Origin: Mobula hypostoma
Taxonomy: Eukaryota
Direction: 5' to 3'
Length of the DNA: 64,000 nt
Assembly (NCBI RefSeq): GCF_963921235.1
Contig: NC_086097.1
Location: 11,594,001 to 11,658,000 of the forward strand
How positions within the stretch are numbered: the stretch's first letter is position 1; every line of letters begins with the position of its first letter. Shown one piece after another: positions 13,090 through 26,145 of the stretch. The notes beneath the pieces were generated by a model. The model did not search any database, was not told the origin of the DNA, and saw only the letters and a program-made list of their open reading frames with translations. Position numbers and translations under genes: made by a program.

Positions 13090-13640
13090 ATTATTTATTT
13101 ATTCAGGTACAGCACAAAATAGGTCCTTCCAGCCTTTTGAGCTACGCCAACCATCAATTCCCCCAATTTAACCCAAGCCTAATCAGGGGACAATTTACAA
13201 TGACCAATTAACCTACTTGTTGTGCATTTTATATTTCAATTGTATTTGTCTAACCTTGTATATATATTAGTTTGTTAAGCATTCTTGTTCTTTAAATATT
13301 TAATTACGGGTTATATTTAAAAATATATTAATTGCATAAGTCATCACATTACCATTTGATGTGTGTGCACCACACTTAAAGTAAACTCGAGTTACACCTG
13401 TATCCCGGACTCTCCTGTTTTCCTTTGATTAGTTTGATGTTTTGAAGTTGCAAAACATAACACTAATAACCAGTACATCTTTAGAATGCGTGGAAGAAAC
13501 CAGGGCACCCAGAGGAAACCCATGCATTCCACAGGAAGGATTTACAGACTCCTTACAGATGGCGTCAGTGTTGATCTCCGATCACCAATGTCCCGAGCTG
13601 TAATAGTGCCACACTAACCGCTACGCCACTGTGGTACCTC
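13090..13640 (-). mobile_element. V-SINE interrupted by a solo LTR
   Basis: Homologous to 19075-19395 once 13218-13462 is removed. Confidence 0.7.
13218..13462 (+). mobile_element. Solo LTR (Gypsy-type)
   Basis: TGTTGTG...CATAACA ends; 5-bp TSD CTACT/CTAAT; start is homologous to the LTR stub next to the polypurine tract at 43157-43223. Confidence 0.75.
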
Positions 13641-13909
13641 ACAGAAGGACAGGGTGATAATGCGATCTCCCTCTCCTTCAACTGTCCCCCAATGAGTCAC
13701 TGAGCTGTGACTTTAACTATTTATGATCTAGTACTAAAATATAGCAGATGATTACATAGAAACGGGTGGATTGTAGTGAGGATAGATTAATCTGTTCTCC
13801 TCTGTGCATCTCTAGTGGCCATTTTAATATAGTAAATGATAAAGGGAGAAAGTTCTTATTTATTAACTAGCCCTTTGGATCAGTGTTTGTTTAAAAGAAA
13901 ACACTGATC

Positions 13910-14250
13910 CCGAGGAGAGATTTGATAGAGGTCTACAAAATTATGAGGGGTTAAGTAAATGTAATCAGGCATTTTCCACTCAGGTCAGGTGAGACTCGAA
14001 CTAGAGGTCATGGGTTAAGTGTGAAAGATAAAATGTTTAGGGGGTACACGTGGGGGAACTTCTTTATTCAGAGGGTGGTGAGAGTGCGGAATGAGCTGCC
14101 AGTGGATGCGAGTTCAACTTCAGCATTTAAAAGAAATTTGGACAGGCGCATAATTGGAAGGGGTATGGAGGGTTATGGTCTGGGTGCAGACTGATGGAAT
14201 TAGACAGATAAGTAGTACTACTGTTTCTGTTTTGTAGTGCTCTTTGACCC
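13910..14250 (+). mobile_element. CR1 3' fragment
   Basis: Homologous to other CR1 3' ends (RGDLIEVYKIMRG...). Confidence 0.8.
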
Positions 14251-15184
14251 CATGACCCCAAAAAAGTACAAAAGGAAATGAAAGCATGTTTAGTGATCCT
14301 AATAACCACCCCAACCCCTGGAATTTTTTTTGGCTCTCCTTAAATGATAACTATTTGTATTTATATAGCTAAATCTGAGGGCATACTATGTTGTCACTAG
14401 AAGCGTGGTAATATTTGTGACCTACCCAGCACAACACTGGCTGATTTGATTTGACTCAAGTGATGCATTTCACTGTATGTTTTGATGTTTGTTCGTTGTG
14501 TATCATGTTGTATAACATGGCTGATCCTGGTTCGTCGTTGGCACATTTTACTACGGAAGCACTTGCCATTGCCTTCCTCTGGGCAGTGTCTTTACAAGAT
14601 GAGTGACCGCAGCCATTATCAAGACTCTTCAGAGATTGTCAGTCTGGTGTCAGTGGTTGCATAACCAGGACTTGTGATCTGCACCCATTGCTCATATGAC
14701 CATCGATCAGCAGAGGTATCAAGGTTTATAAGCAGAAAATGCTGGGGATACTCAACCGGTCAGGCAGCATTAACAGAGAGAGAAACAGGCATTTAGGTCA
14801 TACATAGATCTTCCTCCCTTCCTGCCTAGCAATATTGTCTGACTGGCTGAATATTCCCAGCATTGCGGAACAGACTCAATGAGCCAAATGGCCCAGCTCT
14901 GCTCCTGAATTTTATGCTCTGTCTGTTTATGTTTCAGCATGTTGTGTCTGTGATTGAAGTCACCAGAGAGACACAGGAGCTGGTGATATAGAAGAGTCTT
15001 TATTCTTCACAACAAGCAGGCATTCTTCTGGAGATCCTCTCAGCAGAGTCTCACAAAACTCAAAAGTACATTATACTTTTATATGCTTAAGCTCAAAGGC
15101 AATAGCAGTTGATTCAATACTATTTCAATAGTTACAATGACATTGTTTACTTCAATATTTTGGGTTGAAAATGCTTCCTTTGAA

Positions 15185-15675
15185 TTGCTGGCTGCATCAC
15201 CATCTGGTATGGGGAAAGCTACTAAACAGGATCAAAGTAAGTTGCAGAAAGTAATTAAAGTACTCAGCTTCATCATGGGTTCTAGCCTCCGTAGTATCCA
15301 AGATATCTTCAAGGAGCGGTGGCTCAGGAAGGCGGTGTCCATCATTAAGGACCCCCACCACCAAGAACCTGCCCTCTTCTCACGGTTACCACCAGGAAGG
15401 AGGCACATAAGCCTAAAGGCACACACTCAGCGATTCAGGAACAGCTTCTTCCCCTCTGCCATCCGATTCCTAAATGGACATTGAACCCATGAACACCACC
15501 TCACTACTTTTTAATTTTTTTTTCTGTTTTTGCACTACTTTTTTAAAATTAACTATTTAATTTACATACATATATATATTTACTGTAATTCAGATTTTTT
15601 CTATATTATAATGTATTGCATTGTACTGCTGCCGCATAGTTAACATATTTCGTGACATACGGTATGCCGGTGATC
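15185..15675 (+). mobile_element. Rex/Babar 3' end
   Basis: SIIKDPHH..ALFSRLPPGRR..LKAHTQRFRNSFFPSAIRFLN motif. Confidence 0.85.
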
Positions 15676-15792
15676 ACAAACAAGAGAAAATCTGCAGATG
15701 CTGGAAATTCGAGCAACACATACAAGATGCTGGAGGAACTCAGCAGGCCAGGTTGCATCTATGGAAAGAAGTACTGTTGATGTTTCGGGCTA
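15676..15792 (-). mobile_element. Short Penelope-like terminal unit truncated within the hammerhead
   Basis: GATGCTGG/CAGCAGGCCAGG block shared with 27540-27670 and 62060-62160. Confidence 0.75.
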
Positions 15793-16121
15793 CAACGTTC
15801 CCATATCTACAATGGGAGACACTTCTGAATGTTCAAACACCTCTGCTGGGAGAAACTAACTGCAAATTTCCTGAACTTATTTACATTTACAATGCTGCAA
15901 ATTTCTTAAACCCATAGTTGATACAGAACAACTAATACAGCCCCTTTGTCCTAAAGTTTGACTCATGCACATGCAAACTTTTCATGGACACCATTTTGTA
16001 AACCACATCTTAGTCTGGAAGCCAGACTTTGCTTTTAACTTCAATTTACTGTTTGCAATTTACAATTTACATTAAGAACTGAAGACTGGTTCTTGTTGAA
16101 TTAAAAATTGCTGTATTCACA

Positions 16122-17130
16122 TGAATGGAGGCTGGTGACTAGTGGTGTGCCTCAGGGATCTGTTCTGGAACCCCTACTCTTTGTGATTTTTATAAATGAC
16201 CTGGATGAGGAAGTGGAGGGATGGGTTAGTAAATTTGCTGATGACACAAAGGTTGGGGGTGTTGTGGATAGTGTGGAGGGCTGTCAGAGGTTACAGCGGG
16301 ACATCGATAGGATGCAAAATTGGGCTGAGAAGTAGCAGATGGAATTCAATCCAGATAAGTGTGAGGTGCTTAATTTTGGTAGATCAAATATGATGGCAGA
16401 ATATAGCATTAATGGCAAAACCCTTGGCAGTGTGGAGGATCAGAGGGATCTTGGGGTCCGAGGCCATAGGACATTCAAAGCTGCTATGCAGGTTGACTCT
16501 GTGGTTAAGAAGGCATACAGTGCATTAGCCTTCATCAATCGTGGGATTGAGCTTAAGAGCCGAGAGGTAATGTTACAGCTTCATAGGACCCTGATCAGAC
16601 CCCACTTGGAGTACTGTGCTCAATTCTGGTCGCCTCACTATAGGAAGGACGTGGAAACCATAGAAAGGGTGTAGAGGAGATTTACAAGGATGTTGCCTGG
16701 ATTGGGGAGCATGCCTTATGAGAATAGGCTGAGTGAACTCGGTCTTTTCTCCTTGGAGCGATGGAGGATGAGAGGTGACCTGACAGAGGTGTATAAGATG
16801 ATGAGAGGTATCCATTGTGTGGATAGTCAGAGACTTTTTCCCAGGGCTGAAACAGCTAGCATGAGAGGGCATAGTTTTAAGGTGCTTGGATGTAAGTACA
16901 GAGGAGATGTCAGGGGTAAGTTTTTTTACGCACAGAGTGGTGAGTGCGTGGAAGGGCTGCCGGCAGTGGTAGTGGAGGCAGAAACAATAGGGTCTTTTAA
17001 GAGGGTCCTGGATGGCTACATGGAGCTTAGAAAAATAGAGGGCTATAGGTAAGCCTAGGTAGTTCTAAGGTAAAGACATTTTCGGCACAGCTTTGTGGCT
17101 AAAGGGCCTGTATTGTGCTGTAGGTTTTAG
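16122..17130 (+). mobile_element. CR1 LINE, RT to 3' end
   Basis: [28 protein letters not shown], with in-frame stops. Confidence 0.93.
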
Positions 17131-17544
17131 AAAAATAGAAACGTAGAAATAGTGCTAAGTCTTTTGCACAATACTGTAGGCCAACTAACCTCATGGCCAT
17201 CGGTGGCAATGACTTCCACAGTTTCACCACTCTCCTTATCTCTCTTCTCAAGGGATGTACTTCTATTCTGGGGCTAATATCCAGAAATTTACTGACGCTT
17301 GCTTCAAATGAAAGAAGTGACAGAATCTCCACAGCTGTCTATATTTCAATATTTCTTCCTGACAATGAAGGAAGAGATAGACTTGACTGAGGCAGTACTA
17401 GTTCTCAGAGCAATGCCATTCTCCACTTTTTTTTCCCTATAGCCCATTCTTCCCACTCTGTCATCGACAGGCCCCTTCCCCTATTGATTCTACTTCTCAC
17501 CCACAGACTGGCAGCAATTAACAGAGGCCAGGTAAGCCATCAAC

Positions 17545-17725
17545 TAGAGCAGTGTGCACAAAAGGAGTGTGGGTCAGGCAGAATCTATGAAGGAAACAAA
17601 TAGTCGACATTTCAGTCTGAGATCCTTCACTGGGACTGGAAAGGAAGAGGGCAGAAGCTGGAATAAAAGTATTGGGGGTGGGGGAGAGCATGAGCTGTCA
17701 GTTGAAAGGTGAACCCAGGTGAGAT
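17545..17725 (-). mobile_element. Penelope-like 3' fragment with decayed hammerhead (17602-17637)
   Basis: - strand reads AGTC-CCAGTGA-AGGATCTCAGACT-GAAA-TGTC-GACT. Confidence 0.7.
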
Positions 17726-17727
17726 AG

Positions 17728-19045
17728 AATAAGTCAAAATCAGCATGGTTTCTGTAAAGGGAACTCTTGCCTGAGAAATCTTTTAGAGTTCTTCGAGGAA
17801 GTAAGCAGGGTGGACAAAGGAGAGGCAGTGGATGTCATTTACTTGAATTTTCAGATGGCGTTTGATAAGGTGCCACACATGAAGCTGCTTAGCAAGATAA
17901 AATCCTTTGGTGTTACAAGAAAGATACTGGCATGGATAGAGGAATAGCTAACAGGCAGGAGGCAGTGAGTGGGAATAAAGGGGCCTTTTCTGGTTGGCTG
18001 CCAGTGACTAGTGGTGTTCCTCAGGGGTCAGTTTTGAGACTGCTACTTTTCACATTGTTTGTCAATGGTTTAGATAATGGCTTTGTGGCAAAGTCTGCGG
18101 ATGATACAAAGATATGTGGAGGGGTAGGTAGTGCTGGGGAAGTGGTGCGATTATAGCAGGACTTAGACAAATTGGAAGAATGGGGGGAAAAGTGGCAGAC
18201 AGAATACAGGTATGCGAAATGTATGATATTGTAGTTTGGTAAAATGAACAATAGTGCAGACTATTATCTAAATGGGATGAAGGTTCAAACATCAGAGGAG
18301 CAGAGGTGCAGAGAGACTTACGAGTCCTCGTGCAAGACTCCCAGAAGGTTAATTTACAGGTTGTGTCTTTGATAAAGAAGGCAAATGCAATGTTGGCATT
18401 TATTTCAAAGGAAATAGAATATAAAAGCAAGGACATAATGCTGCAGCTTTATAAGACACTAGTCAGGCTCCACTTGGAGTATTGTCAACAGTTTTGGGCC
18501 CCTTATCTCAGTAAGCCTGTATTGTGATTGGAGACGGTTCAGAGGATGTTCACAAGGATGATTGTAGGAAATGGTGTTAATATGTGAGATGCATTTGGCA
18601 GCTTTGGGCCTGTACTCACTGGAATTTAGAAGAATGTGGGGGGTGAGGTGGGGAATCTCATTGAAACCTACCGAATGTTGACAGTTATTGATAGGGTGTA
18701 TGTGGAGAGTATATTTGCCATGGTGGAGGTATCCAGAACTAAAGGGCACAGCCTCAAAATTGAGGAGCGACTTTTGAGAACACAGGTAAGGAGGAATTTT
18801 TTTTAGCCAGAGAATAGTAAAGCTGTGGAATGTTGTGCCACAGACTGCGGTGGAGGTCAAGTCCGTGGGTATATTTAAGGCAGAAGATGATAGATTCCTG
18901 ATCGGTCAGGGCATCAAAGGATATGGAGAAAAGACAGGTGTATGGGGTTGAGTGGGATCTAGGATCAGCCATGATGGAATGGCGGAGCAGATACAATAGG
19001 CTGAACGGCCTAATTCTGCTCCTATATCTTATAGTCTTATGGTGA
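17728..19045 (+). mobile_element. CR1 LINE, RT to 3' end, degraded
   Basis: [26 protein letters not shown](A/G)G tail. Confidence 0.9.
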
Positions 19046-19074
19046 GAGGGATGAAGTTTGTTTGTATATTTATT

Positions 19075-19395
19075 TATTTGTTTGTTTGTTTGTTTATTTA
19101 TTTAGAGATATAGTAGAGCACAGAACAGGTCCTTCTGGCCCAAATGAACCATGTCATCCTGCAACCCATGTATTTAACCCTAACTCAATCAGGGGAAGAT
19201 TTATAACAACTAATTAACCTACTGACTGGTACATCTTTGGACTGTGGGAGGAAACTGGAGCACCCAAAGGAAACCCACACAGTCACGGAGGAAACATAGG
19301 AACTCCTTCCAGCTGGAGCCTGCATCGCACTCTGAACTCCGACACCCTGAGCTGTAACAGTGTCAGTCTAACCACTGCGTTACTGTGGCACCCGG
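19075..19395 (-). mobile_element. V-SINE (HE1-like)
   Basis: Reverse complement of the V-domain (CTTTGGACTGTGGGAGGAAACTGGAGCACCC) with a (TAAA/CAAA)n tail. Confidence 0.75.
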
Positions 19396-19924
19396 AGAAG
19401 CTAGAATAGAAGAGTTCGCGGAGGTTGGCTGTCAGGTGGTAGGTGAACCTAGGTGAGAGAGGTGAAGCTAGGTAGGTGGGGAAGGGGGGGAAAGTGGAAA
19501 TGATGTGAGAAGCTGGGAGATTCCCATCTTCCTGACTCCTCTCCCCTCACCTAACCCTTGTCCCTAAGGCCAGGTAGGATGTTCAAGTTACCATTGGGAT
19601 GCTGGAAGCAAGCTGGTTCAAACCAATACTCCCCTGCTAAATGTAATTCAATATATTGGCATAACTCATGGGAGCTAAAGTATCAGAGATCAAGAGATTA
19701 CTGATATGGGAAATCAAACAGGAAAAGTTGGAAAAACTGAACAGGCCAGATAATGTTTGTGGGAATAGACAATGCTAACGTTTCGAGTCTGAGGTCCAAA
19801 TGAGAAAGAAAGGGTCAAGTTAATGTAGATCATATAAAAGTTTTGTGCAAAAAGTGAAGTAAAAAATTTATGAGTGAATTTCTCTGAGATGGTGAAATAA
19901 TGTGGCTGTTAGACTCCTTTGTGT

Positions 19925-20242
19925 GGGCACGTGGCCAAGTGGTTAAGGCATTGGACTAGCGATCTGAAGGTCATGAGTTCGAGCCCCAGCCGAGGCAACG
20001 TGTTGTGTCCTTGAGCAAGGCACTTAACCACACATTGCTCTGCGACGACACTGGTGCCAAGCTGTATGGGTACTAATGCCCTTCCCTTGGACAACATCGG
20101 TGTCATGGAGAGGGGAGACTTGCAGCAAGGCAACTGCCGGTCTTCCATACAACCTTTCCCAGGCCTGCGCCCTGAAGAGTGAAGACTTTCCAGGCGCAGA
20201 TCCATGGTCTCGCAAGAGTAACAGATGCCTTTATTTATTTAT
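19925..20242 (+). mobile_element. tRNA-derived SINE with CORE-like body, young insertion
   Basis: A box TGGCCAAGTGG, B box GAGTTCGAGCC, TGTGTCCTTGAGCAAGGCACTTAACC, (TTTA)n tail; perfect 16-bp TSD TTAGACTCCTTTGTGT at 19909-19924 and 20243-20258. Confidence 0.9.
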
Positions 20243-21172
20243 TTAGACTCCTTTGTGTAATATGTAGATAACACTGTTAAGCCTGTATAATATTGTATAG
20301 TCTACTTGGCAGGAATTGTACAAGTGAAAGAAAAAGAAATAAAGAGATGGCGGGTAAAAATGGTCAGTCCTGATGTCTGACAACCCCCTGGGTTTGCAAA
20401 TCGGTGAGACCAGAGTTCGAGACCCACTGCTTTGGGTCCCATCATGGGCATGTCTGGAATTCGAGGCCTATGGTCCGTGATCAAAGGGTTCTGGGGTTGA
20501 CACTGAGGAGCAAGGCCCGAGGGTCAAATTGGAAATCTGGAAGTCAGGGCCCCTGACTGGAGCCCGGATCTGTGAATCTGCTGCGGTAGTTGAAGACATG
20601 ATGTCTGAAAATCTGAGTCCGAATATGAGTCCAATGGAGCTTGAAGAGGACGGCCTGCCTTGGGGTTAGAGGAATGTGTATGTGTGTGGGTGGAGGGAGG
20701 AACGAGGCTTGTTTTGCTGTTGTTGTTTTGTTGCTTGTTGTGCTCGATTTGATTATGTTCGGTGTTTTGTGCCTCAGGGTACTGTGAAATGTATAGACTC
20801 TGTCTATACTTCTTGCTGACTCAGTGCAGCAGTAAATGAGCCAGCATAATCAAAAACCCCACCCACCCCAGACACTGGTACTGGAATGTGTGCTGACATT
20901 TACAGGCTGCCCCCAGCACACCTTCAGGTGTGTTAGTTGCTGTTAACACAAACAACATACTGTACCTCACTGTATGCTCCAATGCACACACGATAAATAA
21001 CTTTGAATCTTGAATATTATCTCAACCAAAATAAAGAGAAAATTACCTTTATAATATGGGGTTACGGCAAGACAAAAGTGCTGAAGTATAAAGTGAGCCA
21101 TTATCTTATTGAATGTTGGATCAGACCAGATGGGCTGAATGGCTGCTTGCGTCCTTGTGTTCTAATGATTAC

Positions 21173-21305
21173 TGTGTGGACGTGTCTTGCCAGTTGCTCT
21201 TCCTGTGCCATCCAAAACTGTGGAAGATCGGCCACGGAAGTGACATTTAACCAGTAAATGTTCGTGCCGGTGCAGCACTGGGTAAATTCCCAAATAAAGT
21301 CTTCC
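21173..21305 (-). CDS. Putative internal coding exon (EDFIWEFTQCCTGTNIYWLNVTSVADLPQFWMAQEEQLARHVHT)
   Basis: tag|G...ACA|gtaatc; 133 nt, stop-free; CpG-retaining unique sequence; ends in phase 0, in frame with 12699-12932. The acceptor pyrimidine tract is weak. Confidence 0.6.
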
Positions 21306-22579
21306 CTATTTTAAATCTGACAGGTTTCAACCGTAAAATAAATGCTATAAATTAAGCAATAAGCATAATAGCATTGGTATTGTCCTTCACAAGTTGACTC
21401 TTCATCTGTTCTCTCTTATACCCTGTTCTTTGTATTTCAACTGAAATAATGTTGCTCAGTGGAGGGACAGAGTTGATTAAATTTTCAGCACAAATGACTG
21501 AAAACCATATTAATGATTTTTTTTTTGCAAACTGTGCTTCGTACCAGCATAAGAGTGTCATCCATCGCACTGGCACTTGTGAATACAATGACTTGCCTGA
21601 AACCTCATCTTGCTTTTCACCCACCAGTGCTTGTAATGACACTCTTATCCTAGTATTAACATACAGAATATCACCCATTACTGTGCATTACTGACTTCAG
21701 TCAGGCAATGGACTCATTACTCTCTGTGGTTGCTAGATTTTTTTTTATGTATTCATGAAAGTCTTCCATTGTGACTGGCTGAGCACAGTATATTTTCCCG
21801 TTGCTGTAATGACCAATCCAATAGCAGCTCCTAACTCATTCTGACTTTTTATGGCTTGACCATGTCTTGATTGACATTTAGATTGCTTTGCCTTGACTCG
21901 GTCTCCACAGGTTCTTGATGGAGCCTTTTCACTGTTGCATTTATGTTTGTCACCAGCAAGGCAACATTTTGATGGGAGAGGACCCTCATTATTGAGTCCA
22001 GTTGGATTCAGATGTTTTTTAATCCAAGGTTCTTTCAAAAGTCAAGAAAGAGCCATAAAGCTCGCTGCTTCACAATCATTTTATTAAGTGCTAATAGAAC
22101 AAAGAGAATTGGAAACGTAGAGCTACAAAGTCTAGTAGCTAAGAACAAAGAAGAGGAAAGACTAAAAAGATGGCGGGGAAAATTGTTCACCTCTTTTTAT
22201 ACAATAGATAAGAAACATTCCATTTACATTTTTAGATAAGGCTTAACCAGTTAGATAGCCCCTATTCAAATAATCTGATAGTATAAAAAGCTTCCAGATT
22301 CATGCATAGAAATGTAACCAATAGGGGACATACTGAACAATTGCATATACATTTCACAGTGACCACTAGGAAAAAGACTAAACTGTTAAATGTATTTAAG
22401 TGGTTATAAAAAATACTAGCAGGCAATTAATTGTTTAACTGTAAAGAAAATAACATTTAAGCAGTCTAATCTAACTGTCCCCATGAACTGTATGAGGTTT
22501 GCCTTTCTCCTGGATTTCAGTATGTGATCCAAGGTGCTGGGGTTCATTTCCAGTGCACTCCAATATTGTTTTAGACTAT

Positions 22580-25500
22580 AAGACCATAAGACATAGGAGC
22601 AGAAGTAGGCCATTCTGCCAATCGAGTTTGCTCTGCCATTTCATCATGCCTGGTCCCAGATCCCACTCAACCTCATATACCTGCCCTCTCACCATATCCC
22701 TTGATGCCCCAACCAATCAGGAATCTATCAACTTCTGCTTTGAATATACCCATGGACTTGGCCTTCACTGCAGTCTGTGGTAGAGCATTCCACAGATTTA
22801 CCACTCCTTGGCTAAAAAAATTCCTCCTTCCTTCTGTTCTAAAAGGTCACTGCTCAATTTTGAGGCTGTGCCCTCTAGTTCTGGATACCCCCACCACAGG
22901 AAACATCCTCTCCACATCCACGCTATCTAGTCCATTCAACATTCGGTAGGTTTCAATGAGATCCCTACGCATCCTTCTAAGTTCCAGTGAGTACGGTAAA
23001 GCTGCCAAATGCTCCTCATATATTAACCCCATTCATTTCCGGAATCATCCTCGTGAACCTCCTCTGAATTCTCTCCAATGACAATATATCTTTTCTGAGA
23101 TATAGGGCCCCAAACCGTTGACAATACTCCAAGTGTGGCCCGACTAGTGTCTTATAAAACTTCAGTATTATCTCCTTGTTTTTTAAATTCTATTCCTTCT
23201 GAAATAACAGCCAACATTGCATTTGCCTTCTTTACCACAAACTCAACCTGTGAATTAACCTTCTGGGAATCTTGCATGAGGACTCCTAAGTCTCTTTGCA
23301 ACTCTGATGTTTGAATTTTCTCCACATTTAGAAAATAGTCTTCTCTATTGTTCCTTTTACCAAAATGCATTATCATACATTTTCCAACACTGTACTCCAT
23401 CTGCCACTTTTTTGCCTATTCTTCCATTTTGTCTCAGTCCTGCTGCAATCGCATTGTTTCCGCAGCACTACCTACTCCTCCACCTATCTTTGTATTACCT
23501 GCAATCTTTGCCACAAAGCCATCAATTCCTTTATCTAAATCATTGACAAACAATTTGAAAAGTAACGGTCTCAATACTGACCCCTTGAGGAACATTGTGA
23601 GTCACTGGTAGCCCTATATTCCCACTTGCTGCCTTCTGCCTGTCAGCCACATGCCAATATCATTCCTGTAACACTATAAGATTTTATCTTGTTAAGCAGC
23701 CTCAGGTGAGATACCTTATCAAATGCCTTCAGGAAATTTAAGTAAATGACATCGACTACTTCTCCTTTGTCCACCCTGCTTGTTACTTCTTCAAAGAATT
23801 CTAACAGATTTGTCAGACAAGGGTTCCCTTTACAGAAACCGCATGACTTTGACTTATGTTATTATTAGTCACCAAGTATCCTGAAACCTCGTCCTTAATA
23901 TTGGAGTCCAATAATTTCCCAACCACTGTGGTTATGCTAACTGGTCTATAATTTCTTCTCTTTTGACCTTCTCCCTTCTTAAAGAGCGGGGTGACATTTG
24001 CAAACTTCCAGTCCCCTGGAACCATGCCAGAATCAAGTGATTCTTGAAAGATCATGACCAATGCATCCGTTACCTCTTCAGCAACCTCTTTCAGGACACT
24101 GGAATGTAGTCCATCTGGTCCAAGTGACTTATCCATCTTAAGACCTTTCAGTCTGCCTAGCATTTTTTCCTTTCTAATAGTAATAGCATTAACTCCTGCT
24201 CTCTGACACTCATGAACATCTGGCACACAGCTGATGTCTTCCACAGTAGAGAATGAAGCAAAGCACTAATTAAGTTCTTCTGTCATTTCTTTGTCCCCCG
24301 TTACTACATCACCAACTTCATTTTCCAATGGTTCAATATCAACTCTCACCTCCTTTTTATTCTTTATATAATGGAAAATCTTTCAAATTTATACTATCGA
24401 CTAGTTTGCCTTCATATTTCATCTTTTCCCTTCTTATAGCTTTTCTAGTTGCCTTTTGTTGGATTTTAAAAAGTTCTCAATCCAACCTCCCACTCACTTT
24501 TGCTACATTATATGCCCTTTCCTTGTTTTTTTTGCAGTCCTTAACTTCCTTTGTCAGCTATGGTTGCCTAGACCTACCATTTGAGAACTTCTTCTGTGGG
24601 ACATATCTATCCTGCGCCTTGTGAACTATTCCCAGAAACTTCAGCAATCTCTATTTTGCCGTCAAACCCACCAGTATCCCCCTCTAATCCACCTGGGCAA
24701 GTTCCTCTCTTATGCCTCTGTAATTCCCTTTACTCCATTGTGATACTGATACATGTGACTTATGCTTCTCCCTCTCAAATTGCAGTTATGAATTCAGTCA
24801 TATTATGATCACTGTCTCCTAAGGGTTCCTTTACATTAAGCTCCCGAATAAGATCTGGATTCTTGCACAACACCCAATCTAAGATAACCTTTCCCTGAGT
24901 AGGCTCAAGCACAGGCTGCTCTATAAAGCCATCTCACAGCATTCAACAAATATCCTCTCTTGCAATCCAACACTAACCTGATTTTCCCAAGCACCTTGCA
25001 TATTGAAGTGCCCCATTATACATGCTCTTTCCAGCTCTCTTTACAATCTCAACCCCATGTTTTGGCTACTATTTGGAAGCCTAAATATAACTTCAATAAT
25101 GTTTTTTTTTACCTTTGTGTTTTCTTAACTCCACCCACAAAGATTTGACATTCTCTGACCCTATGTCACCTTTTCCTAAAGATGTAATTCCACCTTTTAC
25201 CAACAGAGCCACACCACTGCCTGTGCCTTCCTGCCTGTCCTTTCAATACAAAGTATATCCTTTGATGTTCTTTCAGCCATGACTCAGTGATGCCCACAAC
25301 ATCATACCAACTATTCTCTAACTGCACCATGGGTTCATCCACCTTATTCCGAATGCTGCGTGTATTTAAATACAGCACCTTCCGTCCTGCATGATACGCC
25401 CTTATGAATTTTGCCTCTATGGCACAACTTAACTCTTTGCTCTGTCTGCAGTTGTACCCAATCATTGACTTGTCCTTCCTTACATTCATATTACATATTG

Positions 25501-26145
25501 CATCATCTACTTGTAAACCTGCTGGCTCATCCTCAGCTCTATCACATTAGTTCCCATCCCCTGCCATATTAGTTTAAACCACTCCCAACGGCTCTAGTAA
25601 ACCTGCCCGCAAGGATATTGATCCCCCCCTGGATTCAAGTGCAATGCGTTCCTTTCACACAGGTCTCACCTGCCCCAAAAGAGGTCCCAGTGATTGAGAA
25701 ATCAGAATCCTTGCTCCCTGCTGAACTTCCTCAGCCACGCGTTTATCCGCCACCACATTCTAATCCTATCCTCACAGTACAGGCAACAATCCTGAGATTA
25801 CTACCCTTGAGGTCCTGCTTCTCAGCTTCCTTCCCAATTCCCTGTAATCTGTTTCCAGGACCTGCTCCCTTTTCCTACCTATGTCATTGGTACCAATATG
25901 TACCATAGCTTCTGGGTGCTCACCCTTCCTTTTCAGGATATTGTGGACGTGTTCAGAAACATCGCGGACCCTGGCACCTGGGAGGCAAACTCCGTGTTTC
26001 CTTTCTGCATCCACAGAATCACCCTTCTGTCTTCCTAACTATAGAGACCTCTATTATGGCTGCCATCCTCTCCAGTTTCCTACCCTTCTGAGTCATAGGG
26101 TCAGACTCAGTGCCGGATTCCGCTGTTGCTTCCCCCAGGTAGGTC
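22580..26145 (-). mobile_element. CR1 LINE (ORF1 esterase remnant plus ORF2), degraded
   Basis: CLPGARVRDV...HIGTND at 25772-26014; APE and RT motifs; (ACCATAAG)n tail near 22580. Confidence 0.92.

Noticed and set aside
14940..16121. Possible interrupted LTR (TGTTGTG...TTCACA)
   Set aside because: No TSD or second copy is visible.
19925..19997. tRNA gene with an AGC anticodon-like loop
   Set aside because: It is the head of a TSD-flanked SINE, and the acceptor stem is imperfect.
20370..21015. GC-richer segment with a B-box-like GAGTTCGAGACC
   Set aside because: Probably a composite repeat, since it contains a Rex fragment and a repeat-type tail, but the family could not be supported.
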